Position numbers and translations under genes: made by a program. Shown piece after piece: positions 13,439-26,200 of a stretch of DNA of 64,000 nt. Origin of the DNA: the human T2T-CHM13v2.0 reference genome, Homo sapiens. Under the pieces are notes generated by a model. The model had not been told where the DNA came from. It searched no databases and saw nothing but the letters and a program-made list of their open reading frames with translations. The first letter of the stretch is position 1; each line of letters opens with the position of its first letter. The stretch lies in assembly GCF_009914755.1 (NCBI RefSeq), contig NC_060927.1; one strand, written 5' to 3'.

Positions 13439-13622
13439 TACTCTAACTAATTTAGTCATCAGCCTCCAAAAATTTGGCAGCTCAGCTCTATTATAATGGG
13501 AGCTACAACATACAGGCTCACAGCCTGTATAGAACCTCATCAATAAACATGAATTAACCTATTTGAACAGAATTTTGGGTACATTTCATAAATTTGAGGT
13601 GACATGTTTATGTGTTATATGC

Positions 13623-13883
13623 TTTTGTTGTTGCTGTTTTGAGTAAGGGTCTTGCTCTGTCACCCATGCTGTAGTGGAGTGGTGTTATCATGGCTCACGG
13701 CAACATCAAACTCCTGGGCTCAAGCCATCCTCCAACCTCAGCCTCCCAAGTAGCTGGGACTGGAGGTGTGTGCTACTGTGCCCAGCCAAATTTTTATTTT
13801 TTGTAGAGAGGGGGGTCTAACTTTGTTGCGTGGGTTAGTCTTGAACTCCTAGCCTCAAGCAATCCTCCTGCCTCAGCCTCCCA
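13623..13883 (-). mobile_element. AluJ, 5'-truncated
   Basis: Antisense Alu with AACTCCTGGGCTCAAGC in the right arm (J-type); stops at CCTCAGCCTCCCA. Confidence 0.9.
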
Positions 13884-16814
13884 TATGTGTTTTCTTTTTT
13901 TTTCTTCACCCAACATAGATCTTTGATATGTTCTTTTTTAAATTGTAACGTTTAAAGAAAAACAATCCAAATCAAATTTAATTATTATTGAGTTATTAAA
14001 TTATCTAAGGCCCAGTAGATTAAAGTACAATCTTATATAATCAATAGTCTAACAGGAATCAAAAAGGCAGAAACTCAGTCTCCTAGGTGGAAGAGGGCCA
14101 AATGCTTTCTCTGGAGATGTTAAGACCTATGCTTATAATGAGGAATAAACGGTTCTTAGCACTAGGTTACCTGACCAGCTTTTGAAAATGCCCTGCAACT
14201 TGTTTAAAAAACTATAAAACCATTAGCAACTTCAAGAAACTTAAAAAAAAAAATACAAAGATGTTTCAGTTTCTCTGCAATGCTGGCAGGCTTTGGATTA
14301 CTTTTCTCCTTTAACAGGCCCCACTTGGAACAGCAACGCTTTTTATAAACATTAAAAAAAATAAACTAATGTATAAGGTTTTACTTCTCCGCAAAAAACA
14401 GTTGCAACTTCTGGCTTTTTGACTATTTTTAACAATCTTTTTATATTCTATGTTCTGAAAGTTGAACCAAGTACTTCTACTGAACTTAGTTATAAGTCAT
14501 TAATATAATCTCTGATTATCATAAAACTTTTGTATATATTCAAATAGGTGATAAATTTGTTTTCTAAATAAACAGTTGCTAGCCTCTTTTGACTTACATG
14601 TAATACAAGTTTCCTCTTAACATCAGCATCTCTTTAAGCATTGCAATAAAAATTACATTTAAAAATGATCATTTTAGCTATCAATTTTAATCATGCATAT
14701 TTTATCAACTATTAAAGAGAAATGCAAAATAACTGGTTATTGATAGTGCATAACCTTCTTTGCTGCAATTACCGATCATTCATTTTGGCAAAAGAAGTCA
14801 CACACTCACATTATAATTTAAAATATTCATTAAGTTTTGACTTCTAAAATCAATGTTGTAACTAGCTTCCTATCAGCCAAATAATTCTTTCTCACATTGT
14901 AAATGTTAGGTTTGTAAAATTAAATATGATAGTAAGTTAATTAGGTGTTTTTAGCTTTAATAATGTGCATTTGATCTCAAAAAAGTCCAGTTTCATTAAC
15001 AATCTATGCAAATGAAATTCACAGTTGTTTTTAAATGGGAATTTAACAATAATAATGCAAGATTACATTTTTCTGGAAAAAATGATAAAATGTTCTAGGT
15101 CTAAATAGGTATTCATGACTAAATTTACCTAAAGACAGATATCTTTAGGTAAGTAAATAAAAGGCACACTTTAAATGCATAAGTATTTTTAATTGACAAT
15201 GACCTATGATTTAATAGAGATGAAGATCTGTGCTTACAGACATCATGGAGTAATCCCATGGTCTTAATGAGCAAAAAGTTGAGTCATAAAAAGGATTTTT
15301 TATTAGCTTTTAAAAATGACAAAACATAGATTTCCCCCTTGACCTAAATACTAAAAGTTAGGAAATAATAAAATTAAAAACACATTGTTGCTCCTAATTT
15401 CATTTATATTTCCAGTTGTTATTTTATCTGTTTTTTGTTTGTTTTACATTCAGTGTTACAAAAGGGAAATGTATGTGAACATATAATAACCGAGGATACA
15501 TATAATTTAATATAATAATTTCACTAAACAGACGATGTAGAGGCACTTCTTAATCATGCATTTCTTAAGTTAGTTTTTTCTTTTGTTCTCCAGGTCAGAA
15601 CTATAGAGAAACTTTACTTGATTCATGCATAACAATTTCCTCTTTAACTTCCCCCAAAATAAAAGACGATGAGCAAGATATAAGGAAAAATCAGTTACAT
15701 TTAATTTTTATAATTGAAATAACATATTAAGGATTACTTAATTTATTGTCTTTACTAATCAAACTATGCTGTTTAATCATTTCAATATTTAAAATGATAT
15801 TATTTCTCTTTGCTTAGAAACAAAAGAAACAAAAAAAAGGCATTTCAAAACATCATGACCAGTGAACAAAAAACCACAACCACTAATTATAAAATGTTCC
15901 AGGATTGGAGGGGATCATAGACATGTTGAAAAAGGTAATTAAGTATGGAAGAAGAGGAAGATGAAATAAGCACCATACCACATGATGTGACACAAGAGAC
16001 AAGCACTTATTTTATTCCTAAACTCTATAAATAATTGACAGCTCGTACAACCATAATTAATTGATCTAAGTAATGCTTGAAAGAAACACTACCACATATC
16101 TAACAGGGATAAGATACAGCTCGAAGTAAAGACCGGCAATTAAAATATCCAGCATTTTATGGTCACATAAATTAAGTGTTGGTATCAAAGCAACAATTAA
16201 GCAAAAGAGAAGACAAAAGAACAACTAAATTAATAATGCATTTCTAGTAGGTTTTTTTCTTTTTTGGTATCCTAATGGCTAGAAAATGAACTACTGAACA
16301 CATTTATAGTAAGTACATATGGCCTCTGTAGTTGGAAGTTGTTTTTAATATTTTAATCCATGAATGCTGCCTCCAACTTGTTTAATGTATGTGGTACTTT
16401 ATCATTTTTACCATTTAAAAATTCATACCTTAATCTTCCATATTATAATCAAATTTGAAATGTATTTTGAAGCAACTGTAACTTTTAGCTAACTACATTC
16501 ACATGTGTTCATTATGAAGTTTGGTAATACATGCCTATAAGCAGACTTTACAAAAAGAAACACATGATTTTCTCTCCATTCCCAAACTCCACACCATTTA
16601 ATCTCTTGCCTTTCATTTAATTTATAATTTAAGTCATTAAAAAAATTGAGTTCTTACTCTTATGTTAGTCTTTGAAAAACCAAGTGTCCATCTTTGGTTC
16701 TGCCAATCTTGAAACCACCTGTAAGCCTTTACTCCACAAGAACTCCTTGGCCAACCTTCCTCTACCCAATCCATTCCCGAGTTTTAACCGGCAAAGCGAT
16801 TTGCCACCTCTTAC

Positions 16815-16860
16815 CGTATACCTCAAAGACTGGCTGTCTGTACATACCGGAATTTAAAGC
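16815..16860 (-). other. Candidate small exon of an unidentified minus-strand host gene (46 nt; 13 nt if the proximal donor after 16848 is used)
   Basis: Minus strand: CACTAAC branch point (16896-16902), ctttctatgtag acceptor, GCTTTAAATTCCG|gtatgt or ...GAGGTATACG|gtaaga; 5 CpGs in 72 bp against a CpG-depleted background; not in a recognisable repeat. Confidence 0.5.
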
Positions 16861-17194
16861 CTACATAGAAAGTGTGAACATTTTAATTGCTTAAGGTTAG
16901 TGTATAAAGTAAAAGTTTTATAGTGTGGAAGTGTAAGAGATGTGATTACGTGTCAAACGATTTTATTTTAGTTAGATGGAGGGCTGCAAATAGAAGCTGA
17001 CGGGTTTGGATATGGATTTTCAGTAGATAACTCTGCTTTATCTTAAAAAGCAAACGAAAATTTTAATTAGACTTCCAGTTTCATTAAACAGAAAAAAATA
17101 TTCATGTATTCTACTGTTTTGTACTGTGGAGACATGAGAGAGAGAAAAGATAAGCAACTTAGTCTATATTCTATCATCTTTTTGTTTATTATTT

Positions 17195-17330
17195 TGAATC
17201 ATAGCATGTTTTAGTTAGAAGGAATTTAGAGATCTTTTTAGTCCAACTCTTCTTCATTGTACAGAGGGAAAAACTGAGTCCAGTTAGGTTAAATAATTGG
17301 TTTAATACTGTAATAACCCAAATAGCTTAT
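17195..17330 (-). mobile_element. MIR/MIR3 relic
   Basis: AATCATAGCATGTTTTAGTTAGAAGGAATTTAGAGATC...TTCATTGTACAGAGGGAAAAACTGAGTCCAG. Confidence 0.65.
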
Positions 17331-20251
17331 GAAAGCCCATTTATTCCCAATTTCATGATCATTACCCACTGACTACTTGAACAGATTCCAAAGAAAACAA
17401 ACAGCATTTTATTAAAACAATTAAAAAATATTTTGAGATTGAATTGAGACTATTTCTGAAGCAGTTCTAGGTAAAATATTAATGGAAAGTCTTTGGCAGC
17501 CACAAGATTTGACCAAGATGCTTCACTGTGGAGCGGCTGCTTATCTTATAGTTTTCCCATTAGACCAGCCCCAGAAACCCAACACTTAGAAGAGAACTAT
17601 CTTAATATAGTAAGTAATATCCTTGTATCAAGCATTAACCACATGAGAAAATTAAGCCCATTCCTGTTACAACCATTTAAATTTGATACTATATCTGTTA
17701 GTTTACTTTCAGTTTTGAAAATTTCAAGCTCAGGAATTTTATTCTCAGGCTCATGAATTTAGGTTGAAGACAATGTCATCATAATTGCTACCTGTCACAG
17801 AGACATAAGGCCTCTACCGATAAAATAGATGGTTCATTCTGTCATCATGACAGCTTTAAAAATTGACAGCTCTCTTAAGAAGAAAATGGTACAAAAATAA
17901 TATAATGGTTTGTGTGATTTTTTTAAGTAAAAGATTTCATACATGAGGAAGTTATAGTCGTGATTTTGATTCAAATCGTAGCAACTCATCAATGAATCAA
18001 TACACATTTTAGACTTTTTTTTCAAATGTATATTTTAGACCTTTGGTTTTATTGTTGTTGCTGAATTTTTAAAAAGTAAGGTATTGCAAAGTTAAGAGGA
18101 GCACGTCACCATCAATTTTCATATGATAATTTTAGGCCTTCTCTCGAAGTTTCTATATGCAGATCATGACTGAATATTGTTGTTTAATCTAAGTCTTGCA
18201 GGGAAGGCAGGTGACTCTTTTATTTGGAACTGGGTCCACCCTAAAGTTTTGATTATATTTACAAGACAGAACATCCTAATCTTCAAAGATTCATTCATTT
18301 GTAAGTCAAGCTTCATAAAAGGATGAAATGATTATTTTAAATATTTTTTAAAAAAATATAGAAACGTAAAATTTATTATTAAATATAAACTTGCCTTCAA
18401 TAAAATATTTTAATTCAACATATATAGCAACCTCAGTTGATTAAGAAATTACATTAAAGTAAAACAATATTATCTTTAAAACTTGAAAAAAAGACACTTC
18501 ATGAAGATAGTGCTTTTACTAAGCGAAAGAGTAGGAGATACACTGCCCACAAAGAGGGAAACAAAATAAAGTATATTTTTAGATTATTATGGTGAGCACT
18601 AATATCTAACAGGCTAGCATACTAATAAAGTGGTCATCCAAAATGCTGTGTACTGTAAGATAAATATATGAGCAAGGCAAAGGGATCCAGTCTCATTTTA
18701 TCGTGCACTTTAATAGAGGACAAAGCTAGTTAAACAGATGGCACTCAGGATTTCTCAATGAATTCAGCATCTGTGTGTACATGTTGCATAAATGCCAATT
18801 AAAATGTGTCCGAGTAAATTTACATCCCTTGCTGATAGATAGTAAGCCAATCTTGCTGGCTCAGGATCAAGGTTAAACTTAATCATCTGCTGAACTTTCA
18901 GCAAGTTGCTCTCAAATTGTACAGAAATTCCCAGTGAAATAATAAAAACAGAACTCCTATTGATTTGTATTTATTTACATTCATAACTCATTTCTGCAGC
19001 CTTGGGCTAGAGCTCAAAGGGAAAAAAGTTACTATTTGTATGACTTGGCCAAGTATACTTTTGACCACATTTCCAACAAATACCTCTTTGATTAAAATGC
19101 CGGCCTGAATAAATTTTCCTAACCTCCTCCTTGCAACTTCCCAGTTGAAATAATTTTGTTTAAAAATGATCCTTTCAAAATGATCTTGAACAAAGGAAAA
19201 AGGCAGGTAGCAGTAGGTCTATTATTTATATAGCAGGGAACAGAGCGTCTGCCTCAGATTGACAGGCAGCCATGAAATTAACAGAAGCAATTCTTCCTAG
19301 AAGAATATAAAAATGGCTTCCCCTGACATTTTAAAAATACTGCTTTGCTTTAGTACCCCAACCCCAACCCCCAGTACATTTGTACTCACATAAAGCTTGG
19401 TCGCTGTTGGTGTATAGAAGACCTACTGATTTGTGTACATTAATCTTGTATCCGGAAATTTTGCTGAATTCTTTTATCAGTTCTAGGAGCTTTCTGGAGG
19501 AGACTTTACGGTTTTTTTAGGTAAACAATCATATCCTCAGCAAACAGTGACAATTTGACTTTCTCTTTACTGATTTGGATGCCCTTTATTTCTTTCTCTT
19601 GACTGATTGCTCTGGCTAGGACTTCCAGTACTATGTTGAAGAGGAATGGTGAGAGTGGGCATCCTTGTCTTGTTCCCGTTCTCATAGCGAATACTTTCAG
19701 CTTCTCTTCATTCAGTATTATGTTGGCTGTGGGTTCATCATAGATGGCTTTTATTACATTAAGGTATGTCCCTTGTATGCCAATCTTGCTGAGAGTTTTA
19801 ATCATAAAGGAAAGCTGGATTTTGTCAGATGCTTTTTCTGCATCTATTGAGATGATCATTTGATTTTTATTGTTAATTCTGTTTATATGGTGTATCGCAT
19901 TGACTGGCTTGCATATGTTAAGCCATCCCTGCTTCCCTGGTATGAAACCCACTTGATCATGGTGGATTATCTGTCGGACATGTTGTTGGATTCAGTTAGC
20001 TACAATTTTGTTAAGGATTTTAGCATCTGTGTTCATCAATGATATAGGTCTATAGTTTCCTTTTTTGGTAATATCCTTTCCTGGTTTTGGTATTAGCGTG
20101 ATGCTGGCTTCATAGAATGAATTAGGGAGGGTTCCTTCTTTTTCTGTCTTGTGGAATAGTGTCAAAAGGATTGGTACCAATTCTTCTTTAAATGTCTGGT
20201 AGAATTCTGCTGTGAATCCGTCTGGTCCTGGACTTTTTTTTTTGTCGGTAA

Positions 20252-20545
<294 letters not shown>

Positions 20546-21305
20546 TGTTGGTAATTTTTTAATTACCATTTCAATCTCACTGCTTGTTGTTGGTCTGTTC
20601 AGGGTATCTAATTTTTCCTGATTTAAGCTAGAAGCGTTGTATTTTCCCAAGAATTTATCCATCTCTTCTAGGTTTTCTAGTTTATGTGTGGAAAGGTGTT
20701 CATAGTAACCTCAAATGATCTTTTGTATTTCAGTGGTGTCAGTTATAGTATCTCCTGTTTTGTTTCTTAGTGAGGTTATTTGGATTTTCTTTCTTTTTTT
20801 TCTTGGTTAATATTGCTAATGGTCTATCGATTTTATTGATCTTTTAAAAGAACTAGCTTTTGGTTTCATTTATCTTTTGTATTTTTTTGTTTCAATTTTA
20901 TTTAGTTCTGCTATAATCTTGGTTATTTCCTTTCTTCTGCTGGGTTTGGGTTTGGTTTGTTCTTGTTTCTCTAGTTCCTTGAGGTGTGACCTTAGATTGT
21001 GTGTTGGTGCTCTTTCAGACTTTTTGATGTAGGCATTTAGGGCTATGAACTTTCCTCTTAGCACTGCCTTTGCTGTATCCCAGAGGTTTTGATAGGTTGT
21101 ATCATTATCATCATTCAGTTTGAAGAGTTTTAAAATTTCCATCTTGATTTCGTTTTTGACCAAATGCTCATTCAGGAGCAGGTTATTTAATTTCCATGCA
21201 TTTGCCTGGTTGTGAATTTTTTTTGGGGGGTGGGGTGGAGTCGATTTTCAGTTTTATTCCACTGTGGTCTGAGAGACTGCTTGATATAATTTCAATTTTC
21301 TTAAA

Positions 21306-21933
21306 TTTTTTTTTTTACTTTGAAAAATTTTAATACTTTATGTACTTACAATAAGAAAATAAAGTGAGGAATTATAAACTTTAAAAAAATATATGTTCCT
21401 GCTCATTATAGATGGGTTGTAAAATCATGAATAGTAGAGACAGAAAAAGAAAAAAAATACATTCATGACAATTTTCCCTCCTATAATATATAATCATTAT
21501 TAGCATGGTTTGATGTTTTTCTATTTCTATATGTACTTGCCTGCTTGTGATTGTGTGTCTGGTATGTTAAAATCAATATACATAGACATGTACATATATA
21601 TTGTTGAAGGCAATGTGGCAGTATGTTCTTTTTTTTTTATTATTATACTTTAAGTTTTAGGGTACATGTGCACTTTGTGCAGGTTAGTTACATATGTATA
21701 CATGTGCCATGCTGGTGCGCTGGTGCGCTGCACCCACTAACTCGTCATCTAGCATTAGGTATATCTCCCAATGCTATCCCTCCCCCCTCCCCCCACCCCA
21801 CCACAGTCCCCAGAGTGTGATATTCCCCTTCCTGTGTCCATGTGATCTCATTGTTCAATTCCCACCTATGAGTGAGAATATGCGGTGTTTGGTTTTTTGT
21901 TCTTGCGATAGTTTACTGAGAATGATGATTTCC
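21306..21933 (-). mobile_element. 5'-truncated L1PA2-type element (21629-21933) with apparent 3' transduction (21317-21628) and second poly-A (21306-21316)
   Basis: Near-consensus young L1 3'UTR (CACCCACTAACTCGTCATC = GAG type, not Ta ACA); host L1 resumes cleanly on both sides (TTCTTAAATTT|ATTGAGG); AATTT duplicated. Confidence 0.88.
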
Positions 21934-23229
21934 AATTTATTGAGGCTCGTTTTATAGCCTATCATATGGTCTGTCTTGGAGAATGTTCCATGGGCTGTTG
22001 AATGCGTATTCTGCAGTTGTTGGATGAGATGTTCTGTACATATCTGTCAAGTACATTTGTTCCAGGGTATAGTTTACATCCATTGTTTCTTTGTTGACTT
22101 TCTGTCTTGATAGCCTGTCTAGTGCTGTCAGTGGAGTATTGAAGTCCACCACTATTATTGTGTTGCTCTCCATCTCATTTCTTAGGTCTATTAGTAATTG
22201 TTTTATAAATTTGGGAGCTCCAGTGTTAGGTGCATACATGTTTAGGATTGTGATATTTTCCTGTTGGACAAGGCCTTTTACCATTATATAATGTCCCTCT
22301 TTGTCTCTTTTAACCACTGTTGCTTTAAAGTTTGTTTTGTCTGATATAAGAATAGCTACTCCTGCTCGCTTTTGGTGTCCATTTGCATGAAATGCCTTTT
22401 TCCACCCTTTAAGTTTGTGTGAGTCCTTTTGTGTTAGGTGAGTCTCCTGAAGGCAGTAGATGGTTGGTGAGTTCTTATCCATTCTGTGGCTCTGTATCTT
22501 TTAAGTGGAACATTCAGGCCATTTACATTCAATGTTAGTATTGAGATGTGAGGTGCCATTGCTTTCATTGTGCTTTTTGTTGCCAGTGTACTTTGGTTTT
22601 TTTTTTTTTTTTTTGCTTTTTAAATTGTATTTTTGTTCTATAGTTCCTGTGTGATTTATGCTTTAAAGAGGTTCTGTTTTTATGTGTTTCCAGGATTTGT
22701 TTCAAGATTTAGAGCTCCTTTAAGCAGTTTTCATAGTGGTGGTTTGGTAATGGCGAATTCTCTCAGCCTTTGTTTGTCTGAAAATAACTGTATCTTTCCT
22801 TCATACATGATGCTTGGTTTCGCTGGATACAAAATTCTTGGCTAATAATTGTTTTGTTTGAGGAGGCTGAAAATAGGTCCCCAATCCCTCCTAGCTTGTA
22901 GGGCTTCTCCTGAGAAATCTGCTATTAATCTGATAGGTTTTCCTTTATAGTTTTCCTGGTGCTTCTGTCTCACAGCTCTTGAGATTCTTTCCTTCATCTT
23001 AACTTTGGATAACCTGATGACAGTGTGCCTAGGTGAAGATCATTTTGTGATTAATTTCCCAGGTGTTCTTTTTGCTTCTTGAATTTGGATGTTTAGGTCT
23101 TTTGCAGGGCCAGGCAAGTTTTCCTCGATTATTCCCCCAAATATGTTTTCCAGGCTTTTAGATTTCTCTTCTTCCTCAGGTACACCAATTATTCTTAGGT
23201 TTGGTCATTTAACCTAATCCCAGACTTCT

Positions 23230-24862
23230 AGTATTTCCTATTCTCTGCAATCTCACCAGCATCTATTGTTTTTGACTTTTTGATAACAGCCATTCAGAAT
23301 GGTGTGAGATGGTATCTCATTGTGGTTTTGATTGGTGTTTCTCTGAGGATTAATGATGTGGAACATTTTTCATATGTTTGTTGGCTGCTTATATGTTTTC
23401 TCTTGAGCAGCATCTGTTCATGTCCTTTGCCCATTTTGTAATAAGACTATTTGCTTTTTGCTTGTTCACTTGGTTAAGCTCCTTATAGATTCTGAATACA
23501 AGACTCTTGTCAGATACACAAATTGCAAATATATTCTTCCATTCTGTAGGCTATCTGTTTACTGGGTTGATAGTTTCTTTTGCTGTACAGAAGCTCTTTA
23601 GTTTAATGAGGCTCCACTTGTCAATTTTTGTTTCTGTTGCACTTGCTTTTGAGGACATAGTCCTAAGTTCTTTTGCAAAGCCAATATCCAGAATAGTGTA
23701 TCCTAGGTTTTCCTCTAGTATTCTTATACTTTGAGATTTTACATTTAAACCTTTAATCCAGATGGGTGTGATGGCTGATACCTGTGATTCCACCACTTAT
23801 GAGGCCAAGGCTGGAGGATCACTTGAGCCCAGTGATTCAAGACCAACCTGGGCAACAGAGTAAGACCTTGTCTCTATAAATAATAATAAAAAAAATAGCT
23901 GGGAATGTTGCTTCCACCTGTGGTCCCAGCTACTTGGGATGCTGAGGTGAGAGAGTCACTTGAACACAGCTGGTTGAGGCTTTAGTGAGCTATGATCACA
24001 CCACTGCAGTCTGGCCTGGGTGACAGAATAAGACCCCATATCAAAAAAAAAAAATCTGTAATCCACCTTGAGTTAGTTTTTGAATATGGTGAAAGGTAGG
24101 GGTTCAGTTTCACATTGATTGAATAGGGAGTTTATTCCCATTGCTTATTTTTGTCAACTTTGTCAAAGATTAGATGGCTGTAGGTGCACGGCTTTATTTC
24201 TGGGTTCTCTATTCCATTGCACTGGTCTATGTGTCCATTTTTGTACCAGTACCATGCTGCTTTGGTTACCACAGCCTTATTGTATAGTTTGAAGTCAGGT
24301 AATATGATGCCTCCAGCTTTGCTCCTTTTGCTTAGCATTGCTTTGGAATTCAGGCTAATTTTTGGTTCCATATGAATTTTAGAATAGTTTTTTCTAGTTC
24401 TGTGAAGAATGACATTGGTAGTTTAACAGCAATAGTGTTGAATCTGTACATTGCTTTGGGGCAGTATGGCCACTTTAATAATACTGAGTCTTCAATCAAT
24501 GAGCATGGAATGTTTTTCCATTTGTTTGTATCATCTCTAATTTCTTTCAGTAGTGTTTTTTGGATCTCCTTGTTGAACTCTTTCATCTCCTTGGTTAGCT
24601 GTATTCCTAGGTATTTTATTTGTGTGTGTGTGGCTATTGTAAATGAGACTGCATTCTTCATTTGGCACTCAGCTTGAATGTTATTGGTGTATACAAATTT
24701 TTGTAAAATGATTTTATATCCTGAAACTTTACTACTCATTTATCAGTTCCAGGAGTCTTTTGGTAGAGTCTTTAGGGTTTTCTAGGTATGAAATCATATC
24801 ATCCGTGAAGAGAGATAGTTTGATGTTTTATTTTCCTATTTGGATGCCTTTTATTCCTTTCT
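23230..24862 (-). mobile_element. Second old L1 ORF2 fragment (RT to C-terminal region), interrupted by AluJ
   Basis: Peptides SGYKI...[10 protein letters not shown]...[37 protein letters not shown]; overlaps the 19394 element in consensus coordinates, so it is a separate copy. Confidence 0.92.
23761..24054 (+). mobile_element. AluJ inserted in L1
   Basis: GGAGGATCACTTGAGCCCAG; TSD AAA(C/T)CT(T/G)TAATCCA. Confidence 0.92.
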
Positions 24863-25756
24863 ATTTAGGCTCAATCCTTTTAAATTTCAATAGCCATATT
24901 ACTCATTCTAAAGTGAGAATTTCACATTGCTATTAAAACAAGGACTACATTGCAAGGGAATATTACATAGGCATTAAATATAATGTTCTTTTAAAAATAA
25001 ATTAATAAAATACTCAAGATAAAATGTTGACAAAAACCATATACAAACAGATGTAATAAATTTTCCAAATCTATGTTCCATAAAATACCAGTGCCTAATA
25101 TGACCTAATATGTATTTGCTTAAAAAATGTCATTTATGTCTGGAAATTTCTACCTACTATAGTCTACCTTTGGAGATTACAATAGTCATTACCATTTTAA
25201 AGATAATTTGAAGTTCTGCAGTATACAAACCCCATTTGACTTTATTGCTCTAATATTTAACAAACACATTTGACCATGCTAACTGCATTTTGTTATTTTT
25301 CTAAATTATTTGAGGAACATCATTGACATCTTCCTGAAATAAAATCCATAGTAATATACTTTGGAAAACGTCATCATAAAATATGTTTCTAATTTTGTAA
25401 AAGGACGTAACTAAAAATATATATCTCTAGAAAACAGGCAAAAAGAAAAGATATAATGTTAGGCATAGTTATTTCTGAGTAGTGAGATTATCAATGATTT
25501 CAGTTTTCTCCTTTGAAATAATTCTAAGATTCTGATTTTTTTACAGGTAAATCTATGTTCTTTTTACAAAACAGAAAATAATATATTGTACTAAATATCA
25601 TCCTATTTTTTTCTTAATCTCCAATGAGACAGTAGACCCTATTTTCATATATAACTATACATGTGAGTTATGAATTATGAGTCTACTTCTCAGGCCTCTA
25701 CTCAGATAGGTAAAAACCTGACATTTAGTATGGAGAAGGTTTGTATTAAGAATTGA

Positions 25757-25920
25757 ATCTCATTTAATCCTCACAAGAATTGGTGAAGAGTTTTCACTAT
25801 TTTACAAATAAAGAAATTGAAATTTTGAGAGGTTAAGTCAGTTGCTTATTATATGGGTGAACCAGGATTCCATCCTAGGTTTGTCTGATGTCAAAATCCA
25901 CAGTTTTAACCACTGAGCTG
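25757..25920 (-). mobile_element. MIR relic
   Basis: CTCATTTAATCCTCACAAG...TTTTACAAATAAAGAAATTGA...GAGAGGTTAAGT...TTAACCACT. Confidence 0.75.
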
Positions 25921-26069
25921 TGTTGAAACCCTGAGGGCAAGAATTATGTTTTATATTAGATATTTTGAAAGTACATCATTATAGTACCACATAATAATAT
26001 TCAAGAAAAAGTAATACTTAACACTTACTCACTGACTATAAGGTGCACATGTTTTGAATACTAACGTTA

Positions 26070-26200
26070 AAAATTATTATTGTATGCTGTGTTAGGAAGT
26101 GGGTTAAGGATTTGTTATATATTCACCTCATTAATTCTCACCAGAACCATGAGTTTAATACTATTATTATCCCATTTTATTGGAGAGAAAACAAAGAGAT
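26070..26200 (-). mobile_element. MIR relic
   Basis: CTCATTAATTCTCACCAGAACCATGAG...ACTATTATTATCCCATTTTA. Confidence 0.7.

Noticed and set aside
15903-15934. Plus-strand ttccag|...AAAAAG|gtaatt 32-nt exon-like segment
   Set aside because: No polypyrimidine tract and a weak donor
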